Source of the DNA: Catajapyx aquilonaris
Taxonomy: Eukaryota
NCBI GenBank assembly: GCA_000934665.2
Contig: KZ538850.1
Coordinates: forward strand, 1 to 44,552
Direction of reading: 5' to 3'
DNA: 44,552 nt
The notes beneath the pieces were generated by a model. That model saw only the letters and a list, made by a program, of their open reading frames with translations, did no database searches and was not told the origin of the DNA. Both the position numbers and the translations under genes were made by a program. Within the stretch, counting starts at the first letter, position 1, and each line of letters opens with the position of its first letter. Below are positions 1-12,100 of this stretch, one piece after another.

Positions 1-184
1 AATCTTAATGGAAACTTTTTATCACATCCTGTGTATAACCCCACCACTCCATTTTTTGGGGGTGTCCCAATATTTTCAGATCAGAGCAAGTACTATCGGG
101 TTCAAATACTTTTGGCCACATTATCCTGGTCTTGAAGCAACCCTTTGCACAGACCCCACGTTAAGGAGGTGTGTGTGGGTGTGT

Positions 185-562
185 ACAGGTCTTGCATTAG
201 CTCAGGGGACGGAAGTTTGTGTGTTTTTGTGATTTTACTATAGCTGTGGGGACGTGTGTCCCCACAATTTAATTGTGGGGACATTTTCAGGTCCCCACTA
301 AAAAGACACGCGCTGTGTACTATTTCAGTGGGGACGTGAAAAAAATAGTGGGGACATGTCCCCACTATTTTCATTCGTAGGGTTTCACAAAAGTCCATTT
401 TTCTCAGCCTAGGTGAGTGAGGGTAGGGTAGTTTAGGTAGGGTAGGGTAGGGTAGGGTAGGGTAGGTTAGGTTAGGGTAGGTTAGGTTAGGTTAGGTTAG
501 TTTACACTAGCTTCGAAAAGTGGAATTTTCACGTCCCCACAGCTAATTCAGAACAGACCTGT
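185..562. mobile_element. Nested non-autonomous element inserted in a (TG)n tract, with GTGGGGAC subrepeats and a GTAGG/TTAGG array
   Basis: Imperfect terminal inverted repeats ACAGGTCT..ATTAGCT..GGGGACG and CGTCCCC..AGCTAAT..AGACCTGT. Several internal GTGGGGAC/GTCCCCAC motifs. TG repeats on both flanks. Confidence 0.6.
421..500 (+). repeat. (GTAGG)n/(TTAGG)n pentanucleotide array
   Basis: GGGTA and GGTTA units are directly visible. TTAGG is the common arthropod telomeric unit, but here the array is internal to a transposon. Confidence 0.9.
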
Positions 563-743
563 GTGTGTGTGACAGTGTGTGTGTGTGTGAAGGGTTGCTT
601 CAAGACCAGGATAAAGTGCCTAAAAGTATTTGAACCCGATAGTACGTATGCCTATATAACTGATCATGTTTCGGCGATTAGAAATACAAGAAAATAGGTA
701 AAAATTAATTATCAAACGAACCATGACGGGATGCTCGACATGA

Positions 744-1057
744 CAGGGGCGGATCCAGGGGGGGGGGGGGGGNNNNNNNNNNNNNNNNNNNNNNNNNNNN
801 NNNNNNNNNNNNNNNNNNNNNNNNCAGAAGGCGTCCTTCCTTCAAATTGGCCTGCAAAGAGAACGAGCCCGAATAAAAATCCCCGGCGAAACAATTGCGA
901 AGAGTGCATAGTGGATGGAACCTGATTCTACACAAACCCTGGCCGAAAAAAAGACGTTTTCCCCGGAGTGCAATCATCATCGCCGCCGTCTGAGTGCGCA
1001 AACAGCCTACCTCCCCATCCCTCCCCCCCCAAAATCGAAAGTCTGGATCCGCCCCTG
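744..1057. mobile_element. MITE with 15-bp perfect TIRs and 5-bp TSD (hAT-like); spans an assembly gap
   Basis: CAGGGGCGGATCCAG (744-758) and CTGGATCCGCCCCTG (1043-1057). CATGA is duplicated at 739-743 and 1058-1062. N gap at 773-823 follows poly-G. Confidence 0.85.
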
Positions 1058-2741
1058 CATGATCACTCATTGCTGCTGTGCAGCCGAGAAAAATAGAGTT
1101 TAGGTACGTTAGGAAAGGTTGGTGATGAGTTTAGGTTCGGTTATTGTATAACTTACCCGCGATAAAATTACAATATTTTTTTAATGATCGACCTAATGTG
1201 GCCTTAACAATATAAAAGATATCGATACTCACATCCGTGCTTGTACAGAGGACAATAGGCAAATGACGGCGAAAGGAGGCAAATGGAGGCTCCAGGGTAC
1301 AAGTTCTACCTGTCCGCTCTCAAATTCGATCCCCTGGTCGGGAAGAAGATTTTGTCACGTGGCAAAAGCTTAAGTGTATGTCTCTGTTCCAGTGAATTTT
1401 CTCGGGGTTAACCCGTCACAAATTTAATGCTACCGATGAAAAATGCCATTTATGTTAGCGCGTGTGCCTATTGATCTTCATCGAGCTCACTTGTTGGCAC
1501 CATTGATCTGCCCCCGGAGGTAAATCGAACGATGCAATCGAACTTGAAATCGAAACTAACAGGAGAGCGGCAACCAATCACAGTCGTCAAGGATGATCAT
1601 GTGCGGCACGTCCCCTCCCTCACCCTACCCCCTAGTACCCCCCCAATACCCCCACCCTCGACACGGAAAGAGTCGTTGGAAAAAGATGGCGACCAAAATG
1701 TAACAGCCAACGGCCAACGCCAACGTGGCACACGGGTATGAAATCGCACATGCAAAATGACCGGTGCTGCGGATTTGCCAATCTGCATCGTTATTAATGT
1801 GTAGCCATGGCACCAGAACAGGGGACTGGGGACCCAGCAAAAATCATCGTGTTTTTTGAATATTCCAACGGCCATGGGAGAAAATGGCGGAAGAACCGAC
1901 CCATGATACTGCTAAAATAACATTTCGTTACTGGTTTTCACCCAGAAATAATGAAATATGCATACACGGCAAACCATTCGGGGTCTGCTACGTTGGAGAG
2001 GGGGTATTTTCTAGTAAAATATGAAGTTTTTCGGTAGTTATTGCTAGACAGCGCAAACCAGTCGCCATTTTTTTTTTTTTTTTTTACTATCCATCTAGCC
2101 TGGACTTACCCACAAGAGAAACGCTATAGTCGCTGACCAGTAGTGCTTGTGCAGATGGTGAAGATGGTGCAGATGATGCAGATGGTATTACCAAAAGCGA
2201 TGGGCACAGTCTGCGACACCAGGGCGACACCCACTACACACTTTTCTGTCAACTGGATCTGACCTTCGAAGGATCTAGAACAAAAGGCTTGGGCAGCGTC
2301 CTCCTAGGTAGCAGCACCGTCGAAGTGACACCAGCGTCTCACCACGAGCGCGATCCACAACGATTCACCCTGCCCTCTATCAACTTCAGGGAGTAATTAC
2401 ATTTAAATAACTTATATAAACATTGATTACCGGTACTCTATAAGACGAGTTTAATGAGTACCCATGGCAAGTGCTTCAGTGGATTACACAATGCAAACTA
2501 CACTAGAATAAACTAGAGATATCGAAGAAAAGCCTTCCCTGATAGCTGGGCAAGGTTGTCAGGCGAATGACATACCGTCAATATCGTATTTCAGTGACAG
2601 TCCGCAATTCACGGATTCTTCAACTGAAGTGCAAGTAGAATTCGCCACTCATTACAACTTGTATATTGAAACACGCTGTATAAGATGGTCCTCAAACTTG
2701 GCCATATAAATCCCTTGAAATTTCGTATATCTCTGCATAAA

Positions 2742-3039
2742 ATGTGGGCGGCATGGTGGTCTACGGTTACCGGTACGCCGCTGACCAGCCAAGCGGGAGG
2801 CCAGGGTTCAAATCCCGTCCGTCCCCGTCACCTCTGCTTGGCCGGGTCTTTTTTTGCTTTTCTCCCGACATTCCGGAGCAGAATTGCACTCCCTTCTCTG
2901 CTCGGAGCCAGGAGAAAAGGCCTGGTGCTAAAGAATGTCAGAAATGGCTATCGCACGGCGCGGCGCCCTCCCTTGGGAACTTCCCCTTCCCCCCTAACAG
3001 GGCCACGAGCTCTATCACGGGGTTTTTTAAAAAAAACAA
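2742..3039 (+). mobile_element. Full-length tRNA-derived SINE
   Basis: Pol III A-box-like TGGTCTACGGT (2757-2767), B box GGTTCAAATCC (2805-2815) and an A-rich tail. 11-bp TSD CTCTGCATAAA at 2731-2741 and 3040-3050. Confidence 0.85.
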
Positions 3040-3979
3040 CTCTGCATAAATCCTATAAATCTGGTGTAGCCTACACAAAAATTGCAAATTGTAACCCCCT
3101 CGCGCAAATCTTATACTTTATGGCGGTCAACGGGTCAAGTCAGTTTTCTGATAGGGAACAATACACTGTTGCAGTCCAATATAGTATTAAAAAGTTATAA
3201 AAGATTGTATTTTATAAAGGATAATGCAATTCTCCAACCTAGAACTTTCATACGTAAGTTATTTCAAAAGCACTAGATTGTGACTCTGATAATAATCAAA
3301 ATCCATTGCTCCTTGGTGGACGAATCGTGATTTAATTATTTCCTAATCGACATACACAAACGTTAATCGACTTCAGTATTAGATTACCGAAATATGTAGC
3401 AGCGTGTAAAAATATGTGTGTTATTTGTTATCAATAAACCATTATGTCTGAACTATCACTTTTAACTGGGACCATAGCTTTATTAGCTTATCCTGGGTGT
3501 ATACATCAGGACAACTCGTATACAGAAAGCAAATGCATCACTGATACCAGGGGATTGAAATCTCAACAAATATGGCCTATTGCTGTTAGTGTACGGTAAT
3601 ATACTGTAGTTGATAAATTCTACAAGAAAGCCAAGTGGCACTGTACTTTGGTTATACAACTATATTATTATGACCACTGTAGTGATCCGCTTCTCCAACT
3701 TGTCATATGTATGTATATACCAGTAGCTCAAATAATGATATAACTGTTTCCAGTAATTTTTAATTTTTAACATCCTTCCTAATTTACATCCATACACGTG
3801 TGCCCAATGCTTGTGTTTTATAGGGCTCTTGATTTCATGAGAATCGACTGCAAATAATAGACCTATTAGCAAAACATGAAGCCGTCATCATTTGCAGAAC
3901 GATTCAAGCCACATTTTGATCAAGGCACTGCGTACAAAACGTATTCCAATTGAGGTGTCTGTCTTAGATATTTTTCCTC

Positions 3980-4033
3980 CCTATAAAGGTGATTATACTT
4001 TAAGCAGCTTAAAAGTATAATCACCTTTATAGG
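3980..4033. repeat. Near-perfect 54-bp palindrome/hairpin
   Basis: CCTATAAAGGTGATTATACTTT / AAAGTATAATCACCTTTATAGG form 22-bp perfect arms around AAGCAGCTTA, which is itself self-complementary. Confidence 0.9.
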
Positions 4034-5833
4034 CTTTGGAACAATTATTGCGTTTGATATCAATAATATTTGATGCTAAAATCAACTACGTTGGCCTGCA
4101 GGGATATAGTTTGTAAAAAAGGAGACGATCGAAGACAATAATTTATTGTTCCAATTGACCAATTATTAGTTGATTGCAATTCATAGCTTCAATGGATGAT
4201 TAAAATCGGCCAAATCAGTATTAGAGGCCAATATTTTTGATAACTGATATAAGTAGAATGATGTTCCAAAGCAACTTTTAACAATAAACAGCTTAGGGCA
4301 AAGTAGTTGCTCACTCAAGTGGACACTTCAATTGGAACATGCTGTATATAATAAGGTATGCATCAAAGCATAATCATTTACAGTTCAATAGAAAAGTGAT
4401 TTTAAAATCTGATCTCATACAATATATTGCAACCTTCCAACTTCAAACCATCATACTGTATCTAGAAATCATTTGATTGTGACCCTGATCGTTCTGCATT
4501 TCAGGTATTCAAGCTATAAAGGTGGCACATGTTCTCATTCACCTTCCTAAGTTATGTTCCCCCTCATTCGCCCCAAGCTTGCCTAAGGATTTTAAACTTA
4601 CAACCCTGGTTCACGTGTGAGCAGCAAATAAATATTCAGTATATTATGTGGCAAATTCGGGTATATAGGCCTATTGTACTACATTAATGCGGGCATCTCG
4701 GCGGGCATGCTCCATATTATATTGTTCATTATTACAAATTCCATCCCAGCAGGCATGAAAAACTAACACCCAAACTAAAATCAGTCATTATTAGAACAAA
4801 ATGATGTCAGGTTCCGCCTTAACTAAATTGTTAGACTACATCAACTCCGCAAGTAATAATGCATCAGCCTATATGTCATTGCGTAAATTCTGCTTGCAAG
4901 TACGGAATGTGTGACAGAGGTTCTTGCATGGTATTGTGTTCCACAGATTGCATTGCTTTTCTTACTTTCGTTGGTTTGGGCATATTATACGTCCAGTAAC
5001 AATTCGTACGTAAATATCTTCTCTATAGCATTGACCATAATTAAGAAATGGGCACATTAGAATTTTTTTGAAAACCTCTAAAGTGGCTAAGCATCGTTTT
5101 GAAATGCGACAGTACCGCAGTTGTAAATTCTGACTAGTAGCACTCTCTGCGAGCTCTTAAAGTAAACAAGGTTGGCTATAAACGTCCCTACGAGTTGCGT
5201 ATAACCAGAATGATAAATGTACTGTCGCCCCTCGGTGTCAATGTCTACGGGCAGTATTCTGAACTCAGCAAAAATGCTTACATCTCGTGGCGGCTTACTT
5301 CCAGTCAAACTGCACATGTGCGCTGGGAGTGTCAGGGTGAACGGGTATCTGCAGACGACAAAAATACTAGTGCCGGCAAAATAAGGATAAATTTATTGTT
5401 ACCGTGGAAATATGTGGCTACGTTTCCCACCTTTAAATGCACAGGCTTCCATCAAGGCCGATACCCGCTCGATCAGCGGCCGAGTGACTAAATACCTTGT
5501 TGACGTATCCGGAAGTTCACGGGACTTACACAAGGACTCGCAGCTTCCTTATGCCCATCATCATGAGGATGCAGCATCGAACCTAGCGTTTTTAATCCCT
5601 CATTTGAATTTGTCTCGCACTCCAGGAGGTGTAACTAAGGGTTACATTCTGACATTCATCATGTGCATTTATCAAATTGTCTTTGCAGAATAGATCATTA
5701 TTTACAATTTTGGTTTTGCTTGACGTGTGCTGTTGGGTATGCAGCCTATAAGTTCTGCCCTACATACAGTATGTGATGTGTGAAGAGCATAGACCTAGTT
5801 CATCAGTATAGACATCAGTCTGCTATAGGAAAA

Positions 5834-5905
5834 GGGATTATAACCCGGACCTCCCTTTTGACTCCTGGAGGGCAATGACATTACCACTAGACCACGGTGT
5901 CCCCC
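5834..5905 (-). mobile_element. Degenerate tRNA-like SINE head
   Basis: Minus strand reads GGGGACACCGTGGTCTAGTGGTAATG...GGGAGGTCCGGGTTATAATCCC, with an A box and a degenerate B box. No intact cloverleaf. Confidence 0.55.
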
Positions 5906-6364
5906 ATACTATCGGTAAATTACATGTGGTGTAAAGTAAACACCAACAGAATCTCTATTGTTATTCGTAAGACTGAGGCGCCAGATTCGAATCTCTGAGT
6001 CGGCAATAGAGCAAGGCTTTCTGTGGTTTAACCGCAGCATAGTTTCGTGCAATTTCTGAGATAGTTCCTATTTTAAAATTAATACATCAGGAGAGTAAAT
6101 ATTGCAAATAAGCGCGATTTATGTGTAGGGTGATAGTTTATGGATCTATACTACCGAGTATTACAGAACGAAAACCTTTTCTGACAGTCTCACATTGTTG
6201 GTTCGATAGAGTTCAGAAGATAGTTTAGAGAATGTAACAAGTGAGGTGTAAATCACTTCGTGTGTGTAATTTTATCCATTTCCTCACAGTACAGGTTATT
6301 GCCGCCACCTTAAGCATCGTTTTCATGTGCAAGTTAGTAATGTTACTAATGTACCACGATTATG

Positions 6365-6376
6365 GATGACGTCATC
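6365..6376. promoter_or_regulatory. Perfect palindromic CRE/ATF site
   Basis: GATGACGTCATC contains the full TGACGTCA. It lies about 8.3 kb upstream of the putative ATF3 TSS; function is untested. Confidence 0.35.
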
Positions 6377-8519
6377 GTATCTGCAAAAAGATGTAAAAAC
6401 TGTTCACGATAACTGGATTCCTCGAAAGGAATTGATAGGACTTTCAACACCCTTGGTTACGCATGTCCATGAATAAAGGCTCCCGTAATGCGGAAGCATG
6501 TCCGGGTTTTTAAAGCATCTTGTAAGTGTCGCGAGCCTTACAGATACTTAAATTCGCATTGATAAGATAATATTTATCCCGCAGTGCCTAATATTAACTC
6601 ACCCACATGAAAAGTCCGGGTCACTAAACTTTGGCTATTACATTTAAGCAATGCATTTGTTGTTATTAAATAATAAATTCCCAGAGTTACAAGTGCCGTG
6701 AAGTAATGACCTAAAAAAAACGTTACATTACATAAATATTAGTCACTACATGTAAAAATCAATAAATTAGTCGTGACACAGGATCTATCGTCTAATCTCC
6801 GCAAAGTAGAAAGTACGTTCGTGAATCGGAAGTAACTCAGCACACCTGGCCGTAACATCCTGGTCCGTGAAACACGTCGGAAGACCAGTCAGGAATACAA
6901 AGAAGTGCCCTCTGGTGGTGGGTATGTGAAATGCGTGGGTGGTTCTGTCCACCCACCCACCCACCGACCTCGCATGAGTGTGTGTTGTGGGTATGTAGTT
7001 GGGGAGGGAGGGACGTAAAGGGCTGGAAGGGAAGTTTGCCTCCTCCCCCACCCCCTTTCCCCTACATTTTTTTATTATTTTTTTTTCTCTCTTCGCAAAA
7101 TCTTCCTTCAAGTCACGCCGCCACCAGCAGGCTCTCTTCTCTCGCGTCCATAATGATGCACTTCATTACAGTTCGTGGGAATAACGTCCAGCGTGAATAA
7201 CAACCATAGGTGCAAAGATGTGTATAATTTTTAGCCCCATCCAACTCGGGGCTATTTTCAAACCACCCCCCAGAGTGCGCAGCTATACTTCTTTGGACCA
7301 GTACTTTTGCCTTCTTTTAAAGGCGCGGCGGCAACTGCATCATGATCACTCACATCCTGGACAAACCGTGCACAATTAGGGCTGCCTTATTGCAGCCCTA
7401 CGGGGTTCTGGGCGTGACGACACACCTACGGTCGAAAGGTTTGGGGCCAGAGGGAGGCTGGGGGGTATATAAAAAAAATCTCGTGAAAATTGGTCAAACG
7501 TAACTGTTTTGTGGGTTAAGACATAGCAATGCATTGGTATGCCGTTTGGTATTCGCGATTTTTCGTAAACAAAATGATTGCAATTTCATATGATAGCCAA
7601 CGATCTATAGGGTTGGGTTATAGACTGGGCCAGATGGTGGTAGTGTTATTTTGTATAGGGCTGCCGGCATCATTTAGCTGATTGGACCCACTCTCCTGGC
7701 ACTTTACTGCTGCTTTTATACATGCTTAGTTTGTACCGTGAAGTTGTGCTGCCCAAGGCTCAATGTTGTACAGGACATACAACTCATTCATCCTGGGTCT
7801 GACAATTTCTTTCAGGGAGGTCACCAACCGTATCTAAAATATTGCTAACACTTAGAACGTCTTTCCTCCCCTGACTGAATGAATTGTTTCCACTCCGTCA
7901 GTCCTCCTGGACGATATCTTTTCCGACGCATTAGAGAAAATAATGGAAGGCTTTCAAGGTGGGATAGATCATTGAGAACACACACTGCGGCGTAGTTCAA
8001 CTTCATATAAATAGTTTAAGTCATTTAAAGTTCAAATCGTACGCGCCGTTTTGATTTGAGAATGTCATAATATTTCTATCATTATCAATACTCTTATGAT
8101 AATTATGATCTCTGCCACGCTAGACATCCTTGTCCAAGTTCAATGTTCGCTTCCTGATCGGGAAATAAACAAATATCGGGTTTATTTTTACATCACTCGT
8201 CAGAATGATGCTTACGGAGAAGTTGGTTGGAAATCTAGGGTGCAGGCTGTAGCATACGAGGTATCCCTAGATCTATTTATCAGATCGAGCATATTAGAGC
8301 TAGTAGCTACAAAGTACTAATTAAGCGACATGGGCCGACACGCGCAAAGGGTCGGGAGAGGAACGGAGCTAAAATGCTATACTTGAGCCAGGGTTTTACA
8401 TCGAAATGATATACTTGGGGAACCTTTTGGGATCTGTTCTACGTTTGCGATTCTGTCTTTTTAGGGAGACATTCAGGCTCTTGGTAATTACACTATCATG
8501 CAAAATTTAATAAATGATA

Positions 8520-9115
8520 CCGTATTACCTCTCATATTGCGGCACGTCGATATAAAACGAGGTTGACCAGCATGCCGGTATAACCCGGGGGTGGCCGGCA
8601 TGCCGCAATAACCGAGGTAGATTTCCGTAATTTTGACCCTTGCCAAATATTTTGGAATTCTTCTGGTACCATACTAAAATAATGTTACAATGAAAATGGG
8701 CATGCCGGTGTACAGGCTGTGAGAATATGTCAGTTCTGTTGCACAGTGCATTTAAAAAATGTAGAGTGTATGACCAATCCCATCGTCAGCCAGCTTTGAC
8801 AGGGGAACCCCCTGCCCTAACATATACTGTTGAAATAGAGATTATTGCTAAACACTGCAATTGAAAACAATATATGGTACGGGTACCCTATTTGGAAAAT
8901 GTGCCTTTTCGATGGCCTTTACGTGAATTTCGATTTTCAGGCAAATGCCAAATTCAGAAAGGATAATGTAACTTATATGTGAAAACCTCGCCTTATACCG
9001 GCATACCTAGCCCTATACCGGCATGCCGGTATAGCCACCAGATCGTGCATTTCTAAAAACTGGTCGACCTCGCCTACACCGGCATGGCGCAATATGAGAG
9101 GTAGGCCTAATACGG
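8520..9115. mobile_element. pogo/Tc2-like MITE (Tc1/mariner superfamily)
   Basis: TA|CCGTATTACCTCTCATATTGCG ... CGCAATATGAGAGGT(AGGCCT)AATACGG|TA, with a 6-nt insertion in the right TIR. Subterminal GCATGCCGGTATA repeats occur near both ends. Confidence 0.8.
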
Positions 9116-12100
9116 TAATCTGCAGCACTGGATTTTATGGGCTACATAACCTAACCCGAGGGCGCTGATTTCATTTTTGTATAATTATCACGTATCGTTT
9201 TATTGCAATGATAAGGTGAAAATTTGATTATACTGTATACTACAATCGCATGCAATAAAATTACAGAGTAATAAATAAAGCAATTAGTCTAATCATTCAA
9301 ACTATTGCATACCTAAAGTGGTGATAAAACACAGAAAAACATATGTCTAGTATATGCATACTATAGGGGCATCAATATTTCTCAAATAAATAATCACAAC
9401 TAACTAAGGGAACTTTTTGGCTAACATACCCAAAATTAGTCATCATGAAGTTTCCCCCTTAGAATCAAATAAAACCCAGAGAATTATTTGCGTTTGTGAT
9501 CTCTCATCTCTGAGGGTAATTTATTAGGCTCAGGACCAATAATAATCGGCCATCATTCGAACATCCCAACTGTCCTGCTGGTACGTATCTTCTTTCTGCC
9601 CGTCTTTGTTATCCCAAGGTACCTAATAATATCTAATTATTTATGCTCCCCTCTTTGCAGACCCATAAGTTGTATGGATTTGTTTGGGTGAAGGGTATAT
9701 ATTTTGTATGAGTTTGGCCTCTGCGCGATATGTTTCTTTCGAATAATTTGGGCCATTTATCTCATGGACCACACAGATAGAATTAATTACTGCATTATTC
9801 TAATTGAAGCTGGTGATAATGACATGCCGCGATATGCACCTTAGTGCAATAAAGTACTGTCAACAGTGGATCCTCCTGCACGATTGATAATCCATTTGGG
9901 GGTGTAATTATTTAATTAATTAATAATTAAACAATGATATGCCGTGAACGAATCAAACACGAGTTCACTATATAGTAGTCACTACGCCACAACATCCGAC
10001 CAATTCTGAAAATATCAGTACAAACCTATTTTTTAGCCTCAGATTGCGGTAATATATGATATTTTCCCCTCTTCTGTGGTTTCCTTCAAAACATTAGTCC
10101 TCAGTACAGTTGTACTATACTATTCTTACTTGGAAAAACCAGTGAAAATTAATGCCAGGGTTCAGAGTTTTGAAAGAGGAAGTTTGGGGGCAGTTGCATT
10201 TCCTATATGAGAATCACTATATGCTCACTACGAATTGTTACACGATTCCTGGAGCTGTATTTTCGACTGTTGAGGTACACTATAATTATGAAATACAGCC
10301 ACTTGAGTTGTAGGGCCTATTTGGCCGGGCTAACCCGTAATTATCTCTTATTCAGTATAATTATGAAATACAGATTGCGACATTTTCCAACTCCCAAAGC
10401 GCGGGTCGAGTCGGATGCAGATAGGTTAGAATTATTTTATTAAATATGGATCGTCTGCGGAAAGTCATATCTGCACAAAACATATGCAATTAGATATTTA
10501 AAAGAAAGTGATTTCAACTAAGTTAAATGAATCTTTCCGCCAAAAAAGAGACCTTTTACCTTTAAAAATTCCAGTGCATGTGTCTACAGGATGTGAAAGG
10601 CTTACTAATGCAGAATAATTCCATTAATGGGCAGCATCTTAATCAGTTTAGTTATTAATAAATATGCTATCAAGCAGATAACGCTCTGAATTTAATTTAT
10701 GCGCTACTTTTGCTCCAGATTATATGCCAACACTTGCATAAAATTTATTATCATTCACCTCGAGGTGGACTAATTACAAACAACACCTAATTCGATTTTT
10801 TACAGTATAATTTCGTACACTCGTGACGCTTTTTTCGGACGATCCACAAAGGTGCTGGGTCGTCACACCCCGTTGCCGTGTGAATTGATTGTACTAATTG
10901 TATGGGTTTAGGTAGATTCGTATTTGTAACATCAATGTTCATCTGTTGACTGAAGTGCTAAATCCTGTAACTGAATTAACGCGGATAGTAAGAAATCTGT
11001 TTTTTTTGTTGTTGTTTTTTCGAAATGTGGGATGCATAATCGGATATTTTCCCTAATTTGCGATTATGCAAGTCATTAGAGTCTTAGAGTCTTTCCACGC
11101 ACATGAAAATTAGACCCTCATGAATGCATTTTCTTACAAATTGCCTTTGGGTTCCTCCGCAAATTGAATCCTCTTTGCACCTTCAGCAGAAGCACTCATG
11201 CCTTATATTTCACTTGGTTCGTATCTTCATTTCGTATCTGGTATGCTGTGCTTATATAGCCCATGCGAAAATCGCCAGAGTGGTTAATCGCAAACCGGAT
11301 TATAATGGCGGAACGGCTGATTCAATAAACTACGATCGCGTGAATTGTATCAGATTGAATACACGTGAGCCGCTTAATGCACACTGTACTTTTGTTCACG
11401 TCACCCGTTAAGTGTGAGAGAGTAGAATAATGCGATAAATGAAGCGATACCAAGATGTAAAGGTGGAGGAGCCATAAAGATACGGCATATACAGTGGGGT
11501 GCGATGTAGTCAGCCATATGTTTTTTCAGTCTTTTTTTTTTTTGCGACGTGGGACAAGCAAGGTCTCTGCAGCCATGACACGATCCATCCGGAATGGCCT
11601 TCCACAAGTCTTCTGAGGCCCCGTGAAATATGTGCGGTTTGTATCGTCCCAGCGATTAACTCTGCACTAAGATGACGCTATGGTGCATCAAGGTGAGTCC
11701 ATTGTTTTTTTTATCAAGAAAATGCAATTTTAAGGAAAAATCCAGGCAGAGTGTGACATGTGAAGTTGCTGACTTCCGGAAAGTCACATGCCCGGAGTGT
11801 CGTCTTGATCGTGACACAAAAAGAAATGATTATCTGGCATGAACTTTACTGTGGATTATCCTCCCACACTCAAATAACCAATTCCAAGTGTGGGTGCCAA
11901 GATCACAAAAAAGAGATTATTCAATCACCAATTGTGACAGCGTGAAGGTTCCTTGACGGCAGAATCTATATATCATTGGAGATGTGATGTGATGACTATG
12001 GTAGGCATAAATAATGTTGCCAACATGGGCAGTATTCGCCATTTTTAATCATTTAAAGCAGGACATGTCCTCAAGAGAAGTGAAATGCTCTTCTATTCGG

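Larger units (their letters stand above)
93..642. mobile_element. Non-autonomous TIR DNA transposon (MITE) with TA target duplication, Tc1/mariner-like
   Basis: CTATCGGGTTCAAATACTTTTGGCCACATTATCCTGGTCTTGAAGCAACCCTT (from 93) is matched in reverse complement, with few mismatches, by AAGGGTTGCTTCAAGACCAGGATAAAGTGCCTAAAAGTATTTGAACCCGATAG (ending 642). TA flanks both ends (91-92, 643-644). No transposase ORF. Confidence 0.8.

Noticed and set aside
421..500. True telomere
   Set aside because: Short, mixed GTAGG/TTAGG units, enclosed within TIRs and flanked by ordinary sequence.
2370..2388. 18S rRNA-like CTGCCCTCTATCAACTT
   Set aside because: Only a short imperfect resemblance, with no flanking rRNA similarity.
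2685..3200. 171-aa ORF as a gene
   Set aside because: Runs through a SINE and has no recognisable domain.
7900..7970. RTE-type reverse transcriptase relic (IFSDALEKIMEGFQGGI)
   Set aside because: Too short to support without a search.
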